From Dehalococcoidia bacterium (lineage in GTDB: Bacteria; Chloroflexota; Dehalococcoidia; DSTF01; RBG-16-68-14), in assembly GCA_040882355.1 (NCBI GenBank), contig JBBEBM010000053.1, positions 1 to 64,000 on the forward strand: DNA of 64,000 bases, given 5' to 3'. Positions 19,804 through 29,174 of this stretch are shown piece after piece. How positions within the stretch are numbered: position 1 is the stretch's first letter; every line of letters starts with the position of its first letter. The notes beneath the pieces were generated by a model that did no database searches, had not been told where the DNA came from, and was given only the letters and a program-made list of their open reading frames with translations. Position numbers and translations under genes: made by a program.

Positions 19804-20733
19804 ATGAAACGACTCGTCACCCTGCTTGCGCTGGTCGCAGCGCTACTCGTCGCCGCACCGGTGCTGCTCGGCCCGACTGTTGGAGCGCAGGCCGAGCAGA
19901 AGGCGCTGGTCTCCGGCTGGTTCCGCGACCGTGAGGTCAAGTACTACGACTTCGGTATGAACACGGCGCTCGCTGGCACCGGCGTCGCTGTCGCGCCCAT
20001 CTACGTCTTCATCCACGGCATGAACGCCGACGGCACGCCCGACATGGTCGAGGGCCAGCACAACATCGTCGACGTCAGGCCCGGCGACACCGGCTACAGC
20101 GATCTCTGGCAGGTCAGTTTCGTGACCGTGCCCGACGACTACGAGCCCGACTCGATCACCTCGGAGGAGGAGATCGACACCTCCGGTTTCGATGTCGAGG
20201 CGACCGACACCTTCGTCAACTGCCCTATCGTGCCTGAGGGCACCACGCTGGAGGGCGGCGAACCGCTGGTGCAGGGCTGGTACAAGGACGAGCAGGTCTT
20301 CTACCCGGACTTCGGCCCGAACCCGGCGACAACAGCGCCCATCTGGGTGCTCATCCACGGCATGAACGCCGACGGCACGCCCGACGTGGTCGAGGGTCAG
20401 CATAACATCATCGATACCGTCCCGGGACAGGCCGATTACACGGCATTCTGGCGCGTCAACATGGTCACCGTGCCTGCCGACTACGGGCCGGACTCGATCC
20501 GCTCGGCGGAGGACGTGCTGGCGGCCGGCTTCGAAGTCACGCAGACCGACATGGTCGTGAACTGCCCCGTGACCGACGTCGCCGGCGTCGAGGTCGTCGC
20601 GATGCCCTCGACGGGCGGCACGTTCCCGGACGACGGCGGCTCATCGACGCCGTACTATGTCGCTGGCGCGTTCGCGGCGTTCGGGCTGCTCGCCGGCGGC
20701 GCAGGGCTCGCGTTCGCCCGACGCAGGCGCTAG
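19804..20733 (+). CDS. secreted protein with two internal repeats and an LPXTG-like C-terminal sorting signal (DUF7482-like, tentative)
   Basis: signal peptide; API.V.IHGMNADGTPD.VEGQHNI.D..PG..VNCP twice; MPSTGG + TM helix + RRRR. Confidence 0.8.
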   Translation: MKRLVTLLALVAALLVAAPVLLGPTVGAQAEQKALVSGWFRDREVKYYDFGMNTALAGTGVAVAPIYVFIHGMNADGTPDMVEGQHNIVDVRPGDTGYSDLWQVSFVTVPDDYEPDSITSEEEIDTSGFDVEATDTFVNCPIVPEGTTLEGGEPLVQGWYKDEQVFYPDFGPNPATTAPIWVLIHGMNADGTPDVVEGQHNIIDTVPGQADYTAFWRVNMVTVPADYGPDSIRSAEDVLAAGFEVTQTDMVVNCPVTDVAGVEVVAMPSTGGTFPDDGGSSTPYYVAGAFAAFGLLAGGAGLAFARRRR

Positions 20734-20780
20734 CTACAGCAGTCACAACTGTAGTAGGGGGCGCTCGATCAGAGCGTCCC

Positions 20781-21848
20781 CTACGCCTTCGCCTTCACCA
20801 GGTCCCGCGCCGCGCTCTCGACCGGCGTGCGGTCGAAGAACGACGGGTTCATGCTCAGGTGGAGGCCGGCCGGGTTCGTGAAGACGAAGTCGCGGTAGTC
20901 GGCGTCGCTGAGCAGGCCCTTGTCGACGAGCTGGTGGCTTTCGAGCAGCACCTCCGACAGGTGCGGCACGTCCCAGTGGCCGATGTCGGAGCTGAAGAAC
21001 GGCTGCAGTCGCACGCCCAGCGGGTTGCCCTTCGCGTCCAGGGCGCGGTAGACGCTCATGTCGTCGGCCTCGCAGCCGAAGTAGAACTGCCGGCCGAACA
21101 TGTCGACGAAGTCCTCCTCGCGGTCGATCAGGCTCGACGCGAACTCGTCGTACTGCGCGTAGTCGCGCGGCCCGGTGCTGGGCGCCGCTCCGTTGCCGCG
21201 CTGCTCGCCTTCGACGTGAAAGGCCTCCGGCGCGTACTGGGCAAAGAGCTCGCCCAGCAGCGCCGTATCGAGCTTGCGCGGATCGTAGTTCTGGATGCCC
21301 TCGGCGTTGCGCTTCTCCCAGTGCTCCTCGAGTCCGTGGAGCAGGTCGCTCCCCCAGCCGGCGCCGCCTTCGAGGAAGCCGAACTGCAGGTCGGGGAAGC
21401 GCTTCGGCACGCCGCCCATGACGAGCGAGAGGCAGAGCTCGATCTGCTGGTAGGCGTGGCCCATGATGTGGTTGTACATGTAGCTCGACGGCGAGCGGCG
21501 CGCCTGCGGCATGTAGTGCAGCGCCGGCGCACCGTGCGACGTGACCGCGATCTTGTGCGAGCGGAACGCCTCCCAGACCGGGCTGTAGTCGTGGGCGCTC
21601 TCGTAGCCGTAGCAGTCGAAGTGAGCGGCGAGCGGGTACGCGCCCGGCGCCTCGCGTTCGAGCGCCGCGATCGGCCGGCCGACGCCCGCCGGGATCACGC
21701 ACACCTTCACGCCGAGCTTCGTCACGTAGTCCAGCTCGTCCAGCGCCTCCTCCGGCGTGTGCATCGGGATCATCGCCACCGATGTCATCCGGTCCTGGTA
21801 GGGCGCCGTAATCTCCCAGTTCATCGTGTTGAGCGCGCGCAGCGACAT
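20781..21848 (-). pseudogene. amidohydrolase-2 family protein, probably 5'-truncated
   Basis: FGFLEGG and FSSDIGHWD present; N-terminal metal-binding DxHxH-type segment absent; in-frame stop inside a REP hairpin just upstream. Confidence 0.55.
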
Positions 21849-21943
21849 GCGTTCCTCCTCGGCGGGTCAGACTTCAGCCTGACGCACCCCGATAGATACG
21901 CCGTAGGGCGCATCGTGTCAAGGGGCTCGCTCCGTCGAAGGCT

Positions 21944-21974
21944 CGGTAGCGGCGACCTTCAGGTCGCCATCAGC
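21944..21974 (+). repeat. GTAG-type REP-like hairpin, copy of 5198-5228
   Basis: CGGTAGCGGCGACCTTCAGGTCGCCATCAGC. Confidence 0.75.
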
Positions 21975-22023
21975 AGCGCCCCCTTCACAGCGCCGCCCAC
22001 CCGGGCAGCCTCGCCCTCTTCCG

Positions 22024-22260
22024 TCCGCGGGTCAGGCTTGAGCCTGACGAAAAACCGCAGCCCACCCGGCCGCGCGATTCGTGTCATTACGATTTGCAAA
22101 AACGCCCTCTCGCGCCGATCACGCCGGTTTGCCTCTCCGGCGCCGAATCTGGCGGGCCGGCCCCCTCGCGTGGCACGCCCACGCCGAGCTATCGAGGAAG
22201 AGGATAAGGGTGGCGGAAGATTGCGCGAAGGGGGCGGTGGCACGGGGGCCCCGGGACGCG
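22024..22260 (+). repeat. left arm of long imperfect inverted repeat
   Basis: aligns by eye with the reverse complement of 23689-24024. Confidence 0.8.
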
Positions 22261-22626
22261 CGGGCATCGACCCGCTCCGGCGACTCTAGCTGTAGCACAA
22301 ATGTGTTGACTTAGGAGGAATGTCGTGCTCTAATGTTTAGTGAACGGGTCGCGCGGAGCCAGGCCGTATCACCCACCTTTCATCGAGAATATATGTGCTG
22401 CGCTTGTGGAGGTCAAGAGGTCGTCACCATGGATACATGCGCCGGGGCCTCCCCTTCTGGCCTTCCTACCTCCGCCTCCGCCCTCCGTGCCACCCACCCC
22501 TTCGCGCTCCCCGCCGCAGCCCTTACCCTACGCTCGACAAGAAATCGTGGACGTGCAGCGCCCGGACGCAGGCCCGGCTACCTGGCGTACACTTATCGAG
22601 GCCGAGGAAGACTTAGTGACGGCCGC

Positions 22627-23178
22627 CTAGCGCGGAGCGTTCAGTCGCGGGTCACGGCTATCGAGGACGGCCAGCCGCGAGCTGGCTTGCACGCGGGTCG
22701 GGAAGACGATCAAGTTGTCTCCGAGACCGGTAGCGGATGGGACGAGGATACCCTCCGCGTCGCGATCGATCGCCGCTGCCGCCAGGGCCTGCGTCGGCTC
22801 GAAGTCATAGTCGCGGCTGAGGACGCCGGCGGCCAGCCCGAGTGCCGTCTCATCGTGGCAGTCGAGCACCGCCTCCAGTTCGACCTCCAGCTCGCTCAGC
22901 CGGAAGTCATTGAGCTTGCCGAGGAGCTCCACCGTGACGTGGCGAACGACCTCCCCCAGTGCGGTCTCTGGCCGCAAGGCGAGATAGAGAGCGGGCCACG
23001 TCTGGTGTGTGGAAAACTGGTCCGACCCCCGGTTGTAGCGACCCGAGACGAGCAGCGAGCCGGACGAATCGAGAGCCTCATACCTGCGCCGATGAAATCG
23101 CCATGCTCGGCCCTTCCAGCGCCCCGGACCAAGTCCAGCGATCGCCGCGCTCGCGTCCCAGCCGGTCGGCCTGGCCAC
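22627..23178 (-). CDS. RES domain toxin
   Basis: SGRYN (R), ALYLA..ETALGE (E), GILVPS (S), NLIVFP. Confidence 0.9.
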   Translation of the reverse strand: MARPTGWDASAAIAGLGPGRWKGRAWRFHRRRYEALDSSGSLLVSGRYNRGSDQFSTHQTWPALYLALRPETALGEVVRHVTVELLGKLNDFRLSELEVELEAVLDCHDETALGLAAGVLSRDYDFEPTQALAAAAIDRDAEGILVPSATGLGDNLIVFPTRVQASSRLAVLDSRDPRLNAPR

Positions 23179-23189
23179 TCGATGGTGGC

Positions 23190-23555
23190 CTACACGAACA
23201 CGCCGGAGTCGAGGGCTTCCAGCGCGGCTTCCACTCGGTCCACCCTGCCAACGCGGACCGCCTCTGCCGGGGTCATGCCACCCAGGTAACGGCTCTCGCT
23301 GTGGAACCAGCGGCGGACCGGGTCGCGGCCCCGGAAGGTCGCGCGGGCTCGCTCCTGCAGGCGCAGTAGCTCTGCCAGCCGCTGACGCGCCAGCTGCTGG
23401 GGATAGGCTGCCCCCGCCCTCCAGCGCTGAAGGGACCTGCGATTGCTGTCCAGCGCCTGCGCCAGGTCGTCCTCCGACATGCCCAACGACTTCTCCAGCG
23501 TGTCGAGCGCCTGGCGAGGAGTCACTTCAAGCGTCGGTGCCAATGCGCTCATCAT
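23190..23555 (-). CDS. Xre/MbcA/ParS-type antitoxin
   Basis: N-terminal HTH; C-terminal WFHSESRYLGGMTP..LEALDSGVF; TTGACA-18-TAGCAT promoter 5 nt before ATG (leaderless). Confidence 0.9.
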   Translation of the reverse strand: MMSALAPTLEVTPRQALDTLEKSLGMSEDDLAQALDSNRRSLQRWRAGAAYPQQLARQRLAELLRLQERARATFRGRDPVRRWFHSESRYLGGMTPAEAVRVGRVDRVEAALEALDSGVFV

Positions 23556-23688
23556 TTCTCATGCTAGCCGTTCGACCCGCGTTTTGTCAACCAAAGTTCG
23601 CCTCCTTATGTTCGGCGGACAACGAGTCCGAAGGGCGCAGGTCAGACTGCTCGACAAGAAAGCGTTGGCAAGGGCCCGCTGCCGCTTT

Positions 23689-24024
23689 CGCATTCCGCGG
23701 CCAAGCCCGCCGCCGCGCACATCCGCGCTCTCCCGCCGGGGCCTTACCCTAACGACGACAACCCGGCGCGGGCATGCGGCGCTCAACACCCACCCGCCAG
23801 ATTCGCGCTCCGGAGGAGATTCGAGGGCCTCGCCCGAAAAAGGCGATTTTGCAAAACGTACTGCCACGTTTCGCGCGGTCTCCGCCCGCGGCAGAGCAGC
23901 GCAAGGCGCTTCGTACCCTCTCCTTTTGGGAGAGGGTCGGCCGGAGGCCGGGGTGAGGGACTGCCACGTTTCGCGCGGGCCGAGCGGGCTGCGGTTCCCG
24001 TCAGGCTAAAGCCTGACCCGCGGA
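23689..24024 (-). repeat. right arm of long imperfect inverted repeat, with a 100-bp insertion
   Basis: inverted copy of 22024-22260; 19-bp direct repeat actgccacgtttcgcgcgg at 23860 and 23960. Confidence 0.8.
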
Positions 24025-24133
24025 ATGATAGGGCTCTGGCGCCGGCTAGGGCAGTGGGGTGGGGTCGAACTTCGAGCCTCCAGCCTGGGGCCGCGTGCTA
24101 TCCTGGCCCCATACACACAACCGGAGGTGGTTC

Positions 24134-24889
24134 GTGACGACTGATCTGGAAACTACGATGACCTCGCCCGTGCCCCAGGAACCCCCCGACACCGGCGACC
24201 ACGCCAAGGTCGCCCTGGTCATCGCCGCGCACCCGGACGACGCCGATTTCGGCGCGGCGGGCACGGCGCACCTGTGGTCGAAGCAGGGCTGGGAGTTCTA
24301 CTACCTCGTCTGCACCGACGGCTCGAAGGGGACCGAGGACCCTTCGCTGACGCCGGACCGCCTGGTGCCCATGCGCCAAAAGGAGCAGCGCGCCGCCGCC
24401 GAGACGCTGGGCGTGAAGGACGTCTTCTTCCTCGAAGGCCAGGTCGACGGCGAGCTGACGTACACGCGCAAGCTCCTCGGCGACGTGGTGCGGGTGATCC
24501 GCCAGCTCAAGCCCTACGCCGTCTTCACGCACGAACCGTCGGAGGTCGTCATCCGGAACTCCTTCGTCAACCACTCCGACCACCGCACGACGGGCCTCGT
24601 CTCGATCGATGCGGTGTACCCCTCCGCGCGCGACCGCCTCAACTTCCCGGAGCACCTGGACGAAGGGCTGGAGCCGCACAAGGTGAAGGAGATCTTCATC
24701 TGGGGCTCGGAGAAGGCCGAGTTCGTCGTCGACATCAGCGAAGCGGTCGAGACGAAGATCCAGGCGCTGCTCCGCCACACCAGCCAGTTCGGCGAGGGCT
24801 CAGAGTTCCTCAAGTTCGTCCGCGAGCGCTGGAAGGGCGAGGACGGCCGCTACACGGAACGCTTCCGCCGCGTCGTCCTGTTCCGCTAG
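24134..24889 (+). CDS. PIG-L/LmbE family deacetylase
   Basis: AHPDDAD, NHSDH; GGAGG SD before GTG. Confidence 0.9.
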   Translation: MTTDLETTMTSPVPQEPPDTGDHAKVALVIAAHPDDADFGAAGTAHLWSKQGWEFYYLVCTDGSKGTEDPSLTPDRLVPMRQKEQRAAAETLGVKDVFFLEGQVDGELTYTRKLLGDVVRVIRQLKPYAVFTHEPSEVVIRNSFVNHSDHRTTGLVSIDAVYPSARDRLNFPEHLDEGLEPHKVKEIFIWGSEKAEFVVDISEAVETKIQALLRHTSQFGEGSEFLKFVRERWKGEDGRYTERFRRVVLFR

Positions 24890-24891
24890 CG

Positions 24892-25383
24892 TTGGGTCCG
24901 CGCTTCTGCCCTCAGTGCGCGACACCACTTCGCAGGCGGCGCGCCTTCGGGCGAAGGCGGCTCGTCTGCGCGCAGTGCGGCTTCGTCCACTTCAACGACC
25001 CGAAGGTGGCGGTGGGCGTCGTCGCTCAGCGGCGCGGACGGCTACTACTCGTGAAGCGCAACCACGAGCCGCACCTGGGCGAGTGGTCGTTCCCCTCCGG
25101 ATTCATCGACGCGGGCGAGCCTTTGGAGGAGGGAGCCGTGCGCGAGACGAAGGAGGAGACGGGCCTCGACGCGCGCATCGACGGCCTGATCGGCGCTTAC
25201 TCCCGCGCGGGCGAGCGCGTGATCTTCATCGCCTACGCGGCGCGAGTCGTCGGCGGGCGGATTGAGGTGGGCGCCGAGTGCCAGGACGTGCGCTTCTTCG
25301 CCCCGGACGCGCTGCCGCCGCTCGCCTTCCCGCACGACCCGGCTATCGTGCGGGCGTGGCAGGAGAGCCGCTACCGGCGCTAG
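24892..25383 (+). CDS. NUDIX hydrolase with N-terminal zinc ribbon
   Basis: FCPQC..CAQCGF; G..DAGE....GAVRETKEETG Nudix box. Confidence 0.85.
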   Translation: MGPRFCPQCATPLRRRRAFGRRRLVCAQCGFVHFNDPKVAVGVVAQRRGRLLLVKRNHEPHLGEWSFPSGFIDAGEPLEEGAVRETKEETGLDARIDGLIGAYSRAGERVIFIAYAARVVGGRIEVGAECQDVRFFAPDALPPLAFPHDPAIVRAWQESRYRR

Positions 25384-26453
25384 GGCATGGCAACGGTAGT
25401 GGAGTAGGTGTCGTAGTACGTTTCTCCGGTGATGTCGTCCGGGAACTGTCCGATTCCCTCCAGCAGGATCTGGTCACCCGGCCGGTGCGAGCGGACGACC
25501 GCGCACAGGTCTCCAGGCGTCGTCAGGACCTGGCCTTCCGCTGCTTGCAAGACGTCGCCTGACACCCAGCCCTGCTCGAACAGCGGGCTGCTCGTGTCCA
25601 CGCCGACGATCACAACGCTACCTTCCACATACGGGACGCCGTAGTCCGCTTCCAGGTCCGGGGTGTTCGGGATCACGTTCACGCCCAACCAATCGATGTC
25701 CTCACCCAGCAAGAGCTGCTCGTAGACCGACATCGCGTCGTCGATTGCAATCGCGTAGTTGACGTTCTCCAGCCCTGCTTGCAGGAATCCGAGCGTGTTC
25801 ACGCCCACGACGGCCCCCGTCTTGTCGACCAAGGGCCCGCCGCTGTTGCCGTGGTTGAGCGCGGTATCGGTCTGAACCATGTTCTGCAAGCCGTAGTAGT
25901 CCATCTGGGCAGTGAGCTTGCTGACCAGGCCGCCGGTAAGCGAGAGCTCGGTTTCGCCGAACTCCTCTGACGGCGTGCCCGGGAACCCGACGGCGTACAC
26001 CTGAGAGCCGACCTTGAGATCGCCGACTGAGCCGATCACCGCCGGCTCGAAGGGGGCCGCGTCGCGAACCTCGATGACGGCCAGGTCGTCACACGGGCTG
26101 CGCCCGACGATGCGCGCCGGGATCTCGCGGCCGTCCTCCGGGCTGCGCACCGAGATGCTGCCGGCGCCTTCGACCACATGGTTGTTCGTCAAGATGTGGC
26201 CCTCCGCGTCCATCACAATGCCGGTGCCGGAGCTTGCGCCGCCGTAGAACCCCTCGGCCAGGATGAAGACCGCGGACATTTCGTATTTGGGAACGATCTC
26301 CTCGGCGCTGACCTCCGGGTTGGAGGCAGGCGGGGCGGACTCGGTGCCGTCATCGCTGTCGCTCGTCTTCTCGCCGCCGCCGCCACTGCAGCCAAACGCC
26401 AGGAGCGCTCCGAACGTGAACACTGTCGCCAGGAGCACGGATCGCCGGAACAT
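25380..26453 (-). CDS. S1C (HtrA-like) serine protease lipoprotein
   Basis: LAFGC lipobox, TNNHVV, DLA, GNSGGPL, PDZ-like tail. Confidence 0.9.
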   Translation of the reverse strand: MFRRSVLLATVFTFGALLAFGCSGGGGEKTSDSDDGTESAPPASNPEVSAEEIVPKYEMSAVFILAEGFYGGASSGTGIVMDAEGHILTNNHVVEGAGSISVRSPEDGREIPARIVGRSPCDDLAVIEVRDAAPFEPAVIGSVGDLKVGSQVYAVGFPGTPSEEFGETELSLTGGLVSKLTAQMDYYGLQNMVQTDTALNHGNSGGPLVDKTGAVVGVNTLGFLQAGLENVNYAIAIDDAMSVYEQLLLGEDIDWLGVNVIPNTPDLEADYGVPYVEGSVVIVGVDTSSPLFEQGWVSGDVLQAAEGQVLTTPGDLCAVVRSHRPGDQILLEGIGQFPDDITGETYYDTYSTTVAMP

Positions 26454-26659
26454 GGGCCAGCCCTCGCTTTCCAACAGCAGCCGCCGCCTGGTCCAGCAAG
26501 GCGACGACCTTCTGACTTCGCATTCAGCGTAGGGCCGCAGGAGAGGGCACGGCGATAGGCGATCCCCCGCGCGCGGCAGCGCGCCGCGTGTAACTCGGCT
26601 CGCGGTCGCACTATCAGCCGGAAGGAGGAGGGCCTGAGATGAGGACGGCGGCGACCGGC

Positions 26660-27706
26660 CTACGGCTTCGGGTGGGCGGCGAAGAACTCCCAGAGCAGGT
26701 CCGTCGCCTTGATCTCGCGCGTCGTCACGCCGAGACTGGCGACGTCGACCGGCGCGCCGGGCCAGGTGTGCCCGCCTTCGCTGATCACGTAGAGCACGAC
26801 GTCGGCACCCTCAGCGCAGCCCGCGTAGCGCTCCAACGTGACGTGCTCCGAGACCTGCTCTTCTTCGGGTGCCGTGTCGCACGCATCCTGCGCGGCCCAC
26901 TTGCCGACCGACTCTCGCACCGCCGGGAAGCTCAGGTTGCTGAGGGCCTCGATGCCGAGCGGGCCGCCCTCGAAGGGGATGATCGGGTCTGCGACGCCGT
27001 GGAAGGCGAGCACCGAGACGGGACCGGCCGGGGCGCAGTCGGCGGCGAACGTGATGCCGGCGATGGAAGCGAAAGCGGCGATGCGCTCGGAAAGGTCGCA
27101 GCCCAGCCGCGACGACATCAGCCCGCCGTTCGAGATGCCGGTCGAGTAGACGCGCGCCTGATCAATGCAGAGCTGCTCCTCCAGCGCATCGAGCAGGCCG
27201 CCGAGGAAGGCCACATCGTTCGCGAAGCCGGCCGTGCCGGGCGAGATGTTCCAGAAGCCGATCGGCCCCTGACCCTGAGGCGTCACGAGGACAAAGCCCT
27301 CCTCATCCGCCTTCGCCGGGAGCTGGCTGTAGCGGTCCTGCTCATTCGAGTCGGAGCCGAGGCCGTGCAGGTTCAGCACGAGCGGCATGGCGGCGTCACC
27401 TTCGTACGCGGGGGGGACGTGCAAGACGTAGGTGCGCTCCTCGCCCTCGAAGTCGAACGTTTCGTTCGACGCGCCCGGCTCGCGCGGCCGCGCCGGCGAG
27501 CATGTTGCGCCCTCCGCAGCCGGCGTGCCGCCGGGATCGTCGCTCGGTTCTTCCGTCGCCAACTCCGCCGGCGTGAGGTCCATCGTCGGGTCGGCCGAAC
27601 TCGCCGTCGACGCGTCATCATCGCAGGCGATGGGCAGCACGGCAATCGCGAAGAGCGCCGGGAGGGCCCAGCGTAAGGAACGGCCGGACATCGCCGGCAT
27701 CGTCAC
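26660..27706 (-). CDS. PHB-depolymerase/LpqC-like esterase lipoprotein
   Basis: LPIAC lipobox, LHGLG, GISNGG, HGVAD, GHTWPG. Confidence 0.85.
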   Translation of the reverse strand: MTMPAMSGRSLRWALPALFAIAVLPIACDDDASTASSADPTMDLTPAELATEEPSDDPGGTPAAEGATCSPARPREPGASNETFDFEGEERTYVLHVPPAYEGDAAMPLVLNLHGLGSDSNEQDRYSQLPAKADEEGFVLVTPQGQGPIGFWNISPGTAGFANDVAFLGGLLDALEEQLCIDQARVYSTGISNGGLMSSRLGCDLSERIAAFASIAGITFAADCAPAGPVSVLAFHGVADPIIPFEGGPLGIEALSNLSFPAVRESVGKWAAQDACDTAPEEEQVSEHVTLERYAGCAEGADVVLYVISEGGHTWPGAPVDVASLGVTTREIKATDLLWEFFAAHPKP

Positions 27707-28983
27707 GCGCTCATCCGGCGTGCCGCGTCACTGTCCGCGTCCACGGACAGGCCGAGCACGCGGCTAATCAGGCGCAGCTCGTCGGCGATGAGACGCGGCA
27801 TGAGGAAGCGATCCCGCACCCACTCGCGGCCGCGCGCGCCATGCGCCCGTCCCTCGTGGGGGTTCTGGAGGATGCGGAGGGCCGCAGCGGCGCACTGCTC
27901 CGTCGATTCGACGAGGAGCTCGGCGCTCTCAGGCGGGATCTGGAGCGGGATGCCGCCCGCGCGCACGGCCACCACCGGCGTCCCCTTCCATAGCGTTTCG
28001 GATACGACAAGGCCAAAGCCCTCCCGCACCGACTTCTGGATCACGACGTCTGAGAGGCTTTGAAAGGCGTTTACCTCCACGTTGCTGACCCCGGTCAGGT
28101 TCGTGAAGACGTGGACCTCGGGGTCGTCCTTCGTCTCGTCCATGATGGCGCGGTAGATGTCCCAAGCCTCCGGATCGTCCAGCGCCATCGAGCCGAGCAG
28201 CGCGAGCTGGAGGTCGGGCACCTCCTCGCGAACGCGCCGGTAGACCTCGATCACGCCGAGCGGGTCCTTCCAGGGATCGAAGCGGGAGACCTGCGTCATC
28301 AGTGGACGCTCCGTCCGGACGCCCATCCACTCCATGATCCGCCGGGCGAGCGCCTGAGGCACCGGCATGTTCTTTGGACTGCGCGGGTCGATGGCGGGAG
28401 CGATCACGGCCACCCGACCACCGTCCAGCCCCGGCGGCACGAATTCACTCATCGTGAAGACGACCGCGTCGTAATCCTTGATGAAGGGCTGCAGGAATGC
28501 CCAGACATCCCTGTTCGGCTCCGACGTATCGATGTGGCAGCGCCAGATCCAGCGCATGCTGTGGTCCGGGCCAAAATGGCGCATGGCCGCTGGTTGGGGG
28601 TCGTGCACGATCACCACGTCGTACTCCGCCTCAAGCAGCTCGGCGTTACGCTTGTTGTAGCCCAGGTAGGTATCGCGTTCCTCGCTCGTCAGCGTCACCT
28701 CGGCGCCCTGCAGGGCGTTGTGGATGCCCTTGGTGATGCGGAAGAACGGCTCGTCGGCCGTGATCACGCGCCATTCCGCCTGGATGCCGAGCCCCATCAG
28801 CAGGGGCACCTCTGAGCGGAGCAGCTCCGACACGCCGCCGCCGTACGGCGTCGCGTTCAAGTGAAGCACGCGCACGCCTCGCAGCGGCGCCGCGAGCGCG
28901 GCGAGCTCCTCAATCGCGGCGCGGCCGGCCAGCTCCTCGAACGGGAGCGGCGACTGGCTCACAACGTCGACCAGGCGAAGCAT
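27703..28983 (-). CDS. treT: GT4 glycosyltransferase, trehalose synthase TreT-like
   Basis: GGGVSE, HDPQP, WRCHID, SRFDPWK, EGFGLVVSE. Confidence 0.8.
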   Translation of the reverse strand: MLRLVDVVSQSPLPFEELAGRAAIEELAALAAPLRGVRVLHLNATPYGGGVSELLRSEVPLLMGLGIQAEWRVITADEPFFRITKGIHNALQGAEVTLTSEERDTYLGYNKRNAELLEAEYDVVIVHDPQPAAMRHFGPDHSMRWIWRCHIDTSEPNRDVWAFLQPFIKDYDAVVFTMSEFVPPGLDGGRVAVIAPAIDPRSPKNMPVPQALARRIMEWMGVRTERPLMTQVSRFDPWKDPLGVIEVYRRVREEVPDLQLALLGSMALDDPEAWDIYRAIMDETKDDPEVHVFTNLTGVSNVEVNAFQSLSDVVIQKSVREGFGLVVSETLWKGTPVVAVRAGGIPLQIPPESAELLVESTEQCAAAALRILQNPHEGRAHGARGREWVRDRFLMPRLIADELRLISRVLGLSVDADSDAARRMSA

Positions 28984-29174
28984 GCTGTCCTCTCGGCGAA
29001 CGCAGGGAATCCGCGTTCTGCGACCAGCTCCATCTCGCTGCCTCCTAAGTATACGTCTCGGCCGCGCCATGAGACCCGCTAGCTTCGCTATCCGCCTATT
29101 TGCCAAGTGGGTTGCATGGTATAATCGGCGGAGCGTCCGCCAGGCGGGCGCCCCGTTCAGACCGGGAGGCGTCG

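Noticed and set aside
22293..22307. LexA/SOS box (AGCACAAATGTGTT)
   Set aside because: Three mismatches to GAAC-N4-GTTC
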